Shown: one piece after another, positions 9,873 to 18,946 of the stretch
How positions within the stretch are numbered: the first letter of the stretch is position 1
How the letters are laid out: every line of letters begins with the position of its first letter
Assembly (NCBI GenBank): GCA_963662285.2
Contig: CAXXMV010000001.1
Span: 32,001-96,000 of the forward strand
DNA from: a bacterium
GTDB lineage: Bacteria; Hinthialibacterota; Hinthialibacteria; Hinthialibacterales; Hinthialibacteraceae
Reading direction: 5' to 3'
Length of the DNA stretch: 64,000 nucleotides
Position numbers and translations under genes: made by a program
Notes under the pieces: generated by a model
Seen by the model: the letters and a program-made list of their open reading frames with translations, nothing else
What the model was told of the DNA's origin: nothing
Databases searched by the model: none

Positions 9873-10505
9873 ATGCAAATACAAGCCATGCAAATACCAA
9901 CGGATGAACAGCAGCATTGGGAAACTCTGAGCGATGAGCAGGTTATGCTGCGCTATGCTCAGGGCGACAGTGATGCGTTCGATGAACTTTACCAGCGGCA
10001 TAAGTCGTCGGTATATGCGTTCATCCGCAATTTCATCTACGACGCCAACGCGATTGACGATCTGTTTCAGGCGGTGTTTCTCAAAATGATACGTAACCGG
10101 CTTAACTTTATACCGAAAGCCAAATTCACCACCTGGTTATTCACCATCGCACGGACCACCTGCATTGACGCCATGCGCAAGACCAAGACATCGCGAGTTA
10201 TACAACTTTTTCCGGATCAATATGATGAAGACGCCGGGATGGGCATGGCGGATTTTCCCGATTGCGAACCACAGCCCAGGGAGAAAGGCTATCAAACCGA
10301 GTTGCAACACGCCATAGATGGAGCGCTGGAAATGCTTCCTCAGGAGCAACGCGAGGTGCTGCTGCTGCGTGAAAAGACTGAACTGACCTTTCAGGAAATC
10401 GGCAAAATTACCGGATGCTCCACCAATACGGCCAAGAGCAGAATGCACTACGCCCTGTTGGCCATACGTAAAGAGTTGCAAGAGAAAGGCTTCGACGAGC
10501 CATGA
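9873..10505 (+). CDS. ECF RNA polymerase sigma-70 factor
   Basis: GDSDAFDELYQRH, DDLFQAVFLK, FTTWLFTIAR, LTFQEIG..TAKSRMHYA; start at ATG 9873 or 9888. Confidence 0.93.
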   Translation: MQIQAMQIPTDEQQHWETLSDEQVMLRYAQGDSDAFDELYQRHKSSVYAFIRNFIYDANAIDDLFQAVFLKMIRNRLNFIPKAKFTTWLFTIARTTCIDAMRKTKTSRVIQLFPDQYDEDAGMGMADFPDCEPQPREKGYQTELQHAIDGALEMLPQEQREVLLLREKTELTFQEIGKITGCSTNTAKSRMHYALLAIRKELQEKGFDEP

Positions 10506-12148
10506 GATGTGAAACGGCAAGACGCATAATGATGGATCGGCTCTACGAAACAGTTGCGCCTGATCACTTGAAGAAACTCGAAGCGCATTTGCTAAGTTGT
10601 CCGCAGTGCGCCGCTGAGTGGGATGATGTGCAACGCGCACATAACATGTTGGCGTCTGGATTGACGCAGGAGGTACCTATGCATTTGGATCAGGCCATAC
10701 TATCACAAAGCAACGCGCAAGCAGCGCCCGTTCCAATAAAAAGCCGTTTTGGATGGCGCCGTATAGCGGCGGCGGCTTCGTTTCTAATAGTTGTTGGAAT
10801 CTCATACCAGGTTTGGCAAAAAGATGATCCGGGATTAATCATTCAAAGTGATTTATCACAGAATATTTCAGTTCAATCTGACATTCCAACGAACAAAGAA
10901 GAGGCGCTTGCTTCATCAGAGAGGATTCAACTTAAAGCATTAGGCTATTCTAGCGCAGCGCCCGCTCCATCGTTAATGAAGAACAAACAGGATGCAAAAC
11001 TAACCAGGTCGCAGCCGCAGCAGTCAATTCAACCAGCGGTTTTGGCGCCGCGCCATGAATCAACCAGCAATGCTGAAGAGTATTTCCGCACCAGTCTCAA
11101 ACTTTATAACAAGGCATTCGCTACAACCGGGGATGATAAACGGGTTCTGTTGCGCAGCGCCATTATTATGCTGCAAGATATTGAGACGCGCTATCCACAG
11201 GACGGCCAGTGGATCGCTATGTCGATGATACTGATAGCCGACTCATACCGCGAGTTGGGCGACAAAGATAAGGCTATTGAGACTTACCAACATATAACGG
11301 ATCAATTCAGCGATTTGCCGGTTTATACGCGGCAGGCGCGGGCATCGATGCTTAAACTGATGCTGGACAAGCCGCAAGTGGACATTGATCAGGCGGAGAA
11401 AGTTCTGGTGCAGTATCAGGAGCAACAACCTTCACCGACGGAGTTTGTGAAACTGGCGCTGGCGTATTCGGCCAAGGTAAATTCGAGCAGCCCGGAACAT
11501 GCTTATGAGTGGTATAAAAAAATAAAGAATTATCTTCCGCCTCAGCATCCCCTGATAGAAAAGGCTAACAGAGAATCCAGGGATATCGAGCTGAAATTGC
11601 GCAACCATTCATACATCATGGATTGGAAAATCGTGGGGCCGCTGGAACAGGCGACTTTACTTGAAACTGATAGAACAGGTTCCTACGAAAAATGGTTCAG
11701 TTCAAAAAGCCGCAAATTTGGTAAAGAAAATACATACATAATCGAGAACAGCAAAAGATACTGTCTTGTTCCGGAAATTGATCTGGTTCATCTATTCAAC
11801 CAGGCGCCGCCCCGGTCATGCGCATTCGCTTATACCAAAATATACAGCCCCAAAAAACAGTACGCCCATCTGATTCTGGGATTCAGCGATGGGTTGCGCA
11901 TCTGGCTTAACGGAGATCATGTCTCAGGCGGACTGGAAAACCATAGGTATAAACGGGATTCGGCCTCAGTCAAATGCAGCCTGAAAAAGGGATGGAATGA
12001 ATTGCTTTTTAAGAGTTATTACCACAAGGATCGGGCTGATGAAAACCGGGAATGGAAATTCAGCGCACTGCTGGTCAACAACAACGGTGAACTGATGCCT
12101 GAATTGAGATACAGCGTAGATGCAACTACATCAACCAGGAATAAATAG
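10502..12148 (+). CDS. zinc-finger (ZAS) anti-sigma factor with TM helix, TPR-like region and C-terminal beta-sandwich
   Basis: ATGA overlap; HLLSCPQC (HxxxCxxC); TM AAAASFLIVVGISY; TPR-like helices; WKIVGP...DGLRIWLNG...LKKGWNELL. Confidence 0.85.
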   Translation: MRCETARRIMMDRLYETVAPDHLKKLEAHLLSCPQCAAEWDDVQRAHNMLASGLTQEVPMHLDQAILSQSNAQAAPVPIKSRFGWRRIAAAASFLIVVGISYQVWQKDDPGLIIQSDLSQNISVQSDIPTNKEEALASSERIQLKALGYSSAAPAPSLMKNKQDAKLTRSQPQQSIQPAVLAPRHESTSNAEEYFRTSLKLYNKAFATTGDDKRVLLRSAIIMLQDIETRYPQDGQWIAMSMILIADSYRELGDKDKAIETYQHITDQFSDLPVYTRQARASMLKLMLDKPQVDIDQAEKVLVQYQEQQPSPTEFVKLALAYSAKVNSSSPEHAYEWYKKIKNYLPPQHPLIEKANRESRDIELKLRNHSYIMDWKIVGPLEQATLLETDRTGSYEKWFSSKSRKFGKENTYIIENSKRYCLVPEIDLVHLFNQAPPRSCAFAYTKIYSPKKQYAHLILGFSDGLRIWLNGDHVSGGLENHRYKRDSASVKCSLKKGWNELLFKSYYHKDRADENREWKFSALLVNNNGELMPELRYSVDATTSTRNK

Positions 12149-12188
12149 CAGATTAATTCCTCCTATAAGCCCGTGGAGGTTAAGAGGG

Positions 12189-12330
12189 AATGTCATTAAG
12201 TTTAGTTATTGAAATCCCCCCCCTCACCTTAACCCTCTCCCGGCGGGAGAGGGGATAACATATAGGAGGGAGTTGAAGCACCGAAGGGCAACCCCCCTCT
12301 AACTCCCCCCAGACTTGGGGGGAGAATTTG
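12189..12330. repeat. cluster of palindromic repeats (CCCTCACCxTAACCCTCTCCC..GGGAGAGGGG and CCCCCTCTAACTCCCCC..GGGGGGAG types)
   Basis: Related copies at about 27125-27160, 47440-47475 and 60842-60930. Confidence 0.7.
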
Positions 12331-12407
12331 ATCATCAATGTTTGTTCATAGAACCAAACGGTTACAAATAAACAAGAGAAGGCAGAAGGATAATACGAGG
12401 CGTCATC

Positions 12408-15400
12408 ATGAAAACAAAACTAGTACTAATCAGTATATTTATATTATTTCAAACATTGGTTCAGGCGGAAGTCAAACTGGACAAAGAGGCCATGAAATTC
12501 GAGCGGACGGAGAATTCGCTGAGCGTTTATCTGCCCCTGCAAAGCGACCAGGACAAACCTGTGTTCGGCGATATGACGGTTACGCTATTGGATAGCGCGT
12601 ATAATTCATTGGCGCAGACATCGAAGAAGACCATGCTGATGAACGGCGGCCATATCGAAACCGTGGCGCTGCCTATCTCGGTCAACACGCCCAAGATCGA
12701 AGATTGCTTCATTCGCGTTGATTTTATGGGACATATCTGGTTGAAGGGTTTCACTAAGCAGAATACCGGACATGAGATTCACCTGATCGGGCAGAACCGT
12801 TGGATCGCCGGAAGCCGTGGGTCGCTACGCGTTATCACTACCAGCAGCGGTAATGACGAACCGGTGGCTGATGCTTCGATCCAACTTTTAATCAAGCAAT
12901 CCGATGGCAAAACCGCCATAGAGGTTAATGATAAGACAGATCAGTCGGGAACTGCGGCGCTTGGTTTTGATATTCCCAAAACGCTGCTTGGAGACAGTAC
13001 TCTGATATTGACCGTGAAATCTCCCCTGGGAAGCAATACCGTTACATCCAAGGTCCAGTTCGTCCCCGGAACGCGCGTCTTTTTGACTACTGACAAACCG
13101 GTATACCAGCCGGGGCAGGTTATGCATATACGCGCCTTGGCGGCGCATAAAGTTTCGGGAGAACCGCTGGCTGAGCATGAAGTGCTGCTGGAAGTATTTG
13201 ACGGCAAAGGCAACAAGGTATTTAAGAAGCAGCCCGTGACATCTGAATTCGGCATTGTTTCGGCTGATTTTCAATTGGCCGATGAAGTGAACCAGGGCGA
13301 ATACCGCATCGTAGCGTCGCTTAATAATGAGACCACCGAAAAGACAGTGCAGGTCTATGAATATGTGCTGCCCAAGTTCCGGGTTGACGTCAAGACCAAG
13401 GAGAAATATTACGCTCCAGGCGATGAGGTGAGCGGCTCTATTACGTCGCGCTATTTCTTCGGCAAACCGACGGCGGGCGCCAAGGTTACTATCACCGCCA
13501 ATTGCTTCGATGTGGGTTTCAATGCATTCGCTGAAGTTACGGTCGTGACCGATGAAGCAGGCAAGGCGGAATATAGTTTCACTATTCCAGACAAACTGGT
13601 GGGGCAGCCGCAGTTCAAGGGAAGCACCATTGTGCAGATGGATGTACGGGTGCGCGATACTGCTGACCATGAAGAACAGAAAATGCATACATTTCATGTA
13701 TCGGTCGATCCGTTGCAGATCGAGGCTATACCCGAAAGCGGCCGGTTGGTTCCAGGGGTGGAGAACGAAGTATTTCTTTCGGCGTCGTATCCAGACGGCA
13801 GCGTGGCTGCGCCGGAACTTACTATCAAATCCAGTTATTTATCTGAAACGGTCACCGTGCAATGCGATAAGAACGGCATCGCTTCAATTCGCTTTACGCC
13901 TCCTGTTGTGGATAAAAAGGACTTGGTTACGATGGTGCAGAACGTGGCGCAGCCTGCGGTTGATGCTTCTGTTTTGCATATCTCAACTGAGATGAATGGC
14001 AAGACTATTAACATCGTTAAGAATTTAGATATCGGCGCCACTATCGAAAATCTGTTGCTCAGAGTTGATAGAGGGGTATACAGCGTGGGCGATGCTTTGG
14101 AGATCAGCGCCTTATCCAGCAGCGCCCCCGGCGAGACGGTCTTTCTGGATATCATCAAAAACCAGCAAACCGTGTTGACCAAGACCATGCAATTGAAGGA
14201 TGGGCGCTCTGCGCTTACCCTGCCGCTGGATAACCAACTGACGGGCAGTTTGACGCTTAACGCTTATATCATAGGTTCCGGTGGAACCATGCTGCGCGAC
14301 GTGCGGCAGGTTATTGTGCTGCGCAGCGACGATCTCAAGATCGATATCCGGCCTGATCAAAAGCAGTATGAACCGGGGCAACCCGCCAAACTGCTGATCG
14401 CCGTAACCAACCAGCAAGGCGAGCCGGTGCGCGCCGCTTTGGGAATGAACATCGTTGATGAGAGCGTCTACAGCCTGAGCGAGAAGGAACCGGGGCTGGC
14501 TAAAGTCTTCTTCGCCATCGAACGCGAACTGATGCAACCCAAGGTCGAGATTCATGGCTATCAACTGGACAAGGTGGTGCGCCTGTCGGCCAACCAATAT
14601 AAGGACAACGCTCAGTTATCCAAGGCGCTGTTGGCTAAATTGGATAATTTCAGTGAATACGCGATTAATATCGATACTGCGAAAAAACGGGATCAACAAG
14701 CGGATAATGATATACGTCAGATTCATGGACAATTACGATTTAAGATGCTTCCCCTTCTTTCACAGCCCATGGACGTAGCCGAAGTTTTGTTGTTGCATGA
14801 TATGCAGCGCGGCTCGCTGCCTACCATTGACCCCTGGGGACGAGCATACCAGTTAGTTCCTGATAAGGATAAAACACAGTATAGAATTTTCACGAAAAAG
14901 AAGCCTAATCGAGATCAAGATTCCGAAACATATTTCACAAACCTATTTATCGTCAGCAAGGGACGCGATGGGCTGCTTGGAACAGATGATGATAAACGTA
15001 CGTCAACTTATTCCCGGCCAGTTATCATAAGCGTTACCGATGCGCTCTTCGATGATTCAGGGCAAATGCAAGGATATGCCAGCAGTATTAGAGATGCTCT
15101 TTTTATCAAAAGTAAAGGAGGGCCGCTTAGCAATGCAACTAAAGAAGAATTGAAGCATATAAAATTAGGTGGATTTGCTGATACCTCTTATACCTATGCA
15201 TTTGAAGACAACAAACATAATTCCTTCATAGCGGATAGATCAATAATGCGCGGCGATCCTTCATTCAAGACGGTCGGAATTGATTTCATGAAATTCGGAG
15301 CAGCTGAGAATCGACGCGGGGGTGGTGTAAGGGGCGGGGTGGCTAATGGAGTTGGTGGATATGGCATGGGCATGATGGGCGGTATGGGTATGATGGGCGA

Positions 15401-17981
15401 CGCGTCCGGAGATTTTGATGGTGATGGCCTTATGGAGCGCCCCATAATCGCTAATTTAGAATCCGCTCCTGAGGAAAGATTCAATGACAGCGTGGATGTG
15501 ATGATAGATGGATTAATTATTGGCGATGATGGAGAATTCAATGGTGATGCTATTGAAGTTCCATTTATAACTATTCCTCCTGGAGAAGCAGAGGAAAAAG
15601 GTTCATTTAACTTTAAATTTATAATTGATAAAGATTCAAGCGGACCTCTTAACGATCAAATAATCGAAGCGCTTACCAGTTTGGGTTATACCAGTGGAGA
15701 TAAAGACGAATCCGGCATGCCATTGGTAGTTAACGGCCAGGTTGATATGGAGCAGTTGCGTAAGGCGCTTGATCCTATTCCTGATGCAGACAAGGTGTTT
15801 GAAGATATCAAACAACAAATTGATGAGTCGCAAAAGATGTTGGCGTTGATGACGCCCGCCAAGCCGGATAAAAAATCGGTGCGGGTGCGGCGTTATTTCC
15901 CTGAGACGCTATACTACACGCCTGAAGCGATTACTGATAACGATGGTCTGCTGGCATTGAACCTGCCTATGGCCGATTCGATAACCACCTGGCGCATGTC
16001 GGCTATGGCTAATGCTAAGAACGGTTCGTTGGGCGACGCTACGTCGGCGCTGCAAGTGTTCAAGCCCTTCTTCGTCGATCTCGATTTGCCAGTGGCGTTG
16101 ATTAAAAATGATGAAGTGACTATCCCGGTGGCGGTTTATAATTATCTGGCTGAGCCGCAGGAAGTGCGCATCCAGTTAGAGCGTTCGCCCTGGTTTGAAC
16201 TGCTGGAAGATGATTTCGAGCGCACGGTTAGTATCGCCGCCAATGAAGTTACCTCAGTCTCTTACCGCATCCGCGCTAACGAGCTGGGCGATCAACCGAT
16301 CACAGTCTACGCCTGGGGATCGAAAGACAGCGACGCCATCGGACGTTCTATCGATGTGCGCCCTAACGGCGAAGCGCAATTTATCACCCGCAATGGTCGG
16401 TTATCCGATGATGTCAGCCAGACCATCGCTTTCCCCGAAGGCCGGGTGGATGGAGCGGATAAGCTGTTGGTTAAGATTTATCCCGGATATTTCAGTCAGG
16501 TAGTGGAAGGGCTAGACGCCATCCTCAAGATGCCCTATGGCTGCTTCGAGCAGACCAGTTCGACTACCTATCCCAACATCATGGCTCTGGATTATATGAA
16601 GAGCACTGGTCGGGTGACGCCCGCCGTTGAGATGAAAGCGCGTGAATACATCAACCTGGGCTACCAGCGTTTGTTGACCTTCGAGATAGAGGGCGGCGGC
16701 TTTCAGGTCTTCGGCAGCCCTCCGGCCACACGCATCCTGTCGGCTTATGGTTTGATGGAATTTTATGACATGAGCAAGGTGCATCCAGTCGACGCTAACA
16801 TTATCCCGCGTACGCAACAATGGCTACTGGGTCAAATGAATGAGGACGGAACCTGGGAACCGGACAAGAACTACTCACACGCCGAAATGTGGAAATCAAT
16901 TCAGGATAACAAGATTCTTTCAACCGCCTACATCGCCATGGCATTGGCGCAAACCGGAGCTTCCGACCGACTGGATGTGAGCAAGAACTATTTGATCAAC
17001 AACGCTGATGAAGCCAAAGACGCCTACACTCTGGGCATTCTATGCAACGCGCTTTTGGCCATCGATAAGAAAGACCCGACCGCCCGGAAATGCGTACAGC
17101 GGCTGGTTGATATGAGCATTGTTGAACAGGATAAGATGTATTGGAAATCGGAAGCGAGCATGAGTTTTGCGCGGGGTAATCACGCCTCGGTCGAAACCAC
17201 CGCCTGGGCGTTACTGGCCCTGCTCGAAGACGGGCGTTTCCACAGCGAAATCGGCAAAGCGCTCAACTGGCTGATAGATCAGAAAGACCCCAATGGAACA
17301 TGGGGCACCACTCATGGAACGGTGCTGGCTCTCAAAGCGCTGATACGTTCCGTCGGTCAGCAGACTGAGTTGGCTGACGCGACTATCATTGTCAGCGTCA
17401 ATGGAAAAAATGCCGCGAAATTACAGGTCACGCCGGAAAACAGCGACGTCTTCCGTCAATTCGATCTTACTGAATTCGCTACGGCAGATTCAAACCTGGT
17501 GGAGATTGAACTGGAAGGCGAAGGCTCGCTGCTTTATCAGGTGGTGGGTAAGTATTATTTGCCCTGGAAAGAAAAGCAGCGCGAACGGATTGCTGCACAG
17601 CCCTTTGATATCAAGGTGGAGTATGACCGATCTGAGCTGCGCCGTAATGATACAGTAACCTGCAAGATCACTGGAGCGAACCAGCGTCCCTTCCGGGTGG
17701 AGATGGTGATGATCGATATTGGAATCCCGCCGGGCTTCCGCGTCGAGAAACCGTCATTGGATGAGTACGTTGAAGAAGGCGCCATCGCCAAATACACTCT
17801 GACGCCGAGACAGCTGTTGATCTATATTGAATCAATGGATGGCGGCGCCAAGGTTGAGTTGGACGTTCCCATGAAAGCCACGCTGCCCATGATGGCCAAG
17901 GCGCCCGAATCGACTATCTATGAATACTACACGCCTGAAGAGAAGAAGGTCTCGCCGCCGCAGGAGTTGAAAGTGCAATAG
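12408..17981 (+). CDS. alpha-2-macroglobulin family thioester protein
   Basis: Signal peptide; TDKPVYQPGQ, EYVLPKF, VDESVY, VRRYFPETL, DSITTW; thioester GCFEQ at 16539-16553. Confidence 0.95.
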   Translation: MKTKLVLISIFILFQTLVQAEVKLDKEAMKFERTENSLSVYLPLQSDQDKPVFGDMTVTLLDSAYNSLAQTSKKTMLMNGGHIETVALPISVNTPKIEDCFIRVDFMGHIWLKGFTKQNTGHEIHLIGQNRWIAGSRGSLRVITTSSGNDEPVADASIQLLIKQSDGKTAIEVNDKTDQSGTAALGFDIPKTLLGDSTLILTVKSPLGSNTVTSKVQFVPGTRVFLTTDKPVYQPGQVMHIRALAAHKVSGEPLAEHEVLLEVFDGKGNKVFKKQPVTSEFGIVSADFQLADEVNQGEYRIVASLNNETTEKTVQVYEYVLPKFRVDVKTKEKYYAPGDEVSGSITSRYFFGKPTAGAKVTITANCFDVGFNAFAEVTVVTDEAGKAEYSFTIPDKLVGQPQFKGSTIVQMDVRVRDTADHEEQKMHTFHVSVDPLQIEAIPESGRLVPGVENEVFLSASYPDGSVAAPELTIKSSYLSETVTVQCDKNGIASIRFTPPVVDKKDLVTMVQNVAQPAVDASVLHISTEMNGKTINIVKNLDIGATIENLLLRVDRGVYSVGDALEISALSSSAPGETVFLDIIKNQQTVLTKTMQLKDGRSALTLPLDNQLTGSLTLNAYIIGSGGTMLRDVRQVIVLRSDDLKIDIRPDQKQYEPGQPAKLLIAVTNQQGEPVRAALGMNIVDESVYSLSEKEPGLAKVFFAIERELMQPKVEIHGYQLDKVVRLSANQYKDNAQLSKALLAKLDNFSEYAINIDTAKKRDQQADNDIRQIHGQLRFKMLPLLSQPMDVAEVLLLHDMQRGSLPTIDPWGRAYQLVPDKDKTQYRIFTKKKPNRDQDSETYFTNLFIVSKGRDGLLGTDDDKRTSTYSRPVIISVTDALFDDSGQMQGYASSIRDALFIKSKGGPLSNATKEELKHIKLGGFADTSYTYAFEDNKHNSFIADRSIMRGDPSFKTVGIDFMKFGAAENRRGGGVRGGVANGVGGYGMGMMGGMGMMGDASGDFDGDGLMERPIIANLESAPEERFNDSVDVMIDGLIIGDDGEFNGDAIEVPFITIPPGEAEEKGSFNFKFIIDKDSSGPLNDQIIEALTSLGYTSGDKDESGMPLVVNGQVDMEQLRKALDPIPDADKVFEDIKQQIDESQKMLALMTPAKPDKKSVRVRRYFPETLYYTPEAITDNDGLLALNLPMADSITTWRMSAMANAKNGSLGDATSALQVFKPFFVDLDLPVALIKNDEVTIPVAVYNYLAEPQEVRIQLERSPWFELLEDDFERTVSIAANEVTSVSYRIRANELGDQPITVYAWGSKDSDAIGRSIDVRPNGEAQFITRNGRLSDDVSQTIAFPEGRVDGADKLLVKIYPGYFSQVVEGLDAILKMPYGCFEQTSSTTYPNIMALDYMKSTGRVTPAVEMKAREYINLGYQRLLTFEIEGGGFQVFGSPPATRILSAYGLMEFYDMSKVHPVDANIIPRTQQWLLGQMNEDGTWEPDKNYSHAEMWKSIQDNKILSTAYIAMALAQTGASDRLDVSKNYLINNADEAKDAYTLGILCNALLAIDKKDPTARKCVQRLVDMSIVEQDKMYWKSEASMSFARGNHASVETTAWALLALLEDGRFHSEIGKALNWLIDQKDPNGTWGTTHGTVLALKALIRSVGQQTELADATIIVSVNGKNAAKLQVTPENSDVFRQFDLTEFATADSNLVEIELEGEGSLLYQVVGKYYLPWKEKQRERIAAQPFDIKVEYDRSELRRNDTVTCKITGANQRPFRVEMVMIDIGIPPGFRVEKPSLDEYVEEGAIAKYTLTPRQLLIYIESMDGGAKVELDVPMKATLPMMAKAPESTIYEYYTPEEKKVSPPQELKVQ

Positions 17982-18006
17982 AGATAAAGATACATTAATT
18001 TAATGC

Positions 18007-18046
18007 AACCGCCCGTTGAGAGTGATCTCAGCGGGCGGTTTTGTTT
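18007..18046 (+). terminator. intrinsic terminator
   Basis: aaccgcccgttgaga-gtga-tctcagcgggcggtt followed by T-rich tail. Confidence 0.8.
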
Positions 18047-18198
18047 GCAAACTGAATTAACATTTATTCAAATACATTACGCCGCTTTTTAAGTGTATAA
18101 TTCAGACACTGCGCTTTATCTGCAGCGCTTAGTTATGAGAAGATAATTAGAAAATCAAGATAGTGTTTTTGATTTTGTTTTTTCCTGGAGTATTATGC

Positions 18199-18798
18199 AT
18201 GTTTTTTAATAATCAAAATAAATCTTTTACTCTGATCGAACTGTTGATTGTGGTCGCCATTATTGGAATATTGGCGGCTATTGCCGTACCCAATTTTCTC
18301 AACGCGCAGATTCGCGCCAAGGTGGCGCGCACCATGTCGGATATTCGTTCATTAGCGACGGCTCTGGAAATGTACAACACCGATAAGGGAACCTATCCAC
18401 CCGGCCGAGCCACCTGGGCTATTTTCGGACTGGATAAGTTAACCTCTCCCGTGGCGTATATGTCATCTATCCCGATTGATCCATTTGCGCCTGCGGAGAG
18501 CAGCGCGATCCGTAGTTTGGGAGGATATGGCTGGTTTCCCGAGGTTCTGCCTTACTATGTTTATTTATGGGAAAAGAATCCTGCTGATTCGTTGAACAGC
18601 GCTATCAGCCGCGACTATCTTTTCCGCAAGGGCGTTATGAAAGACCCGACCGGGTCGCCTCCTCAAATATTCCATTATTTCCAGATACGGGCTATGGGAC
18701 CCAACGGCCAGGGGGATTATTCAATGGCCTATGATGCATCAAACGGCATTATGAGCGCTGGTGATATATCGTATCATGGACCCGGAGCGGGATTTTGA
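18199..18798 (+). CDS. prepilin-type N-terminal cleavage/methylation domain protein (GspG-like)
   Basis: RBS GGAG; KS|FTLIELLIVVAIIGILAAIAVPNF; IPIDPF and RAMGPNG motifs. Confidence 0.9.
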   Translation: MFFNNQNKSFTLIELLIVVAIIGILAAIAVPNFLNAQIRAKVARTMSDIRSLATALEMYNTDKGTYPPGRATWAIFGLDKLTSPVAYMSSIPIDPFAPAESSAIRSLGGYGWFPEVLPYYVYLWEKNPADSLNSAISRDYLFRKGVMKDPTGSPPQIFHYFQIRAMGPNGQGDYSMAYDASNGIMSAGDISYHGPGAGF

Positions 18799-18946
18799 GC
18801 GTATTGGGTGGTTCTCAAAACCAAGCGCCCCAATACGGTTGTTAACCGCTCTATAATAAAACCTCTCCATACCTATGAATTATTCAGGCGCTGAGTAAAA
18901 ATATCATCAAAACAATATCAGATTAATTTATTAGATATGGAGATAT

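Noticed and set aside
12888-14597. Long antisense ORFs (12888-13697, 14112-14597) and similar shadows elsewhere
   Set aside because: Opposite-strand shadows of well-supported genes with no recognisable motifs.
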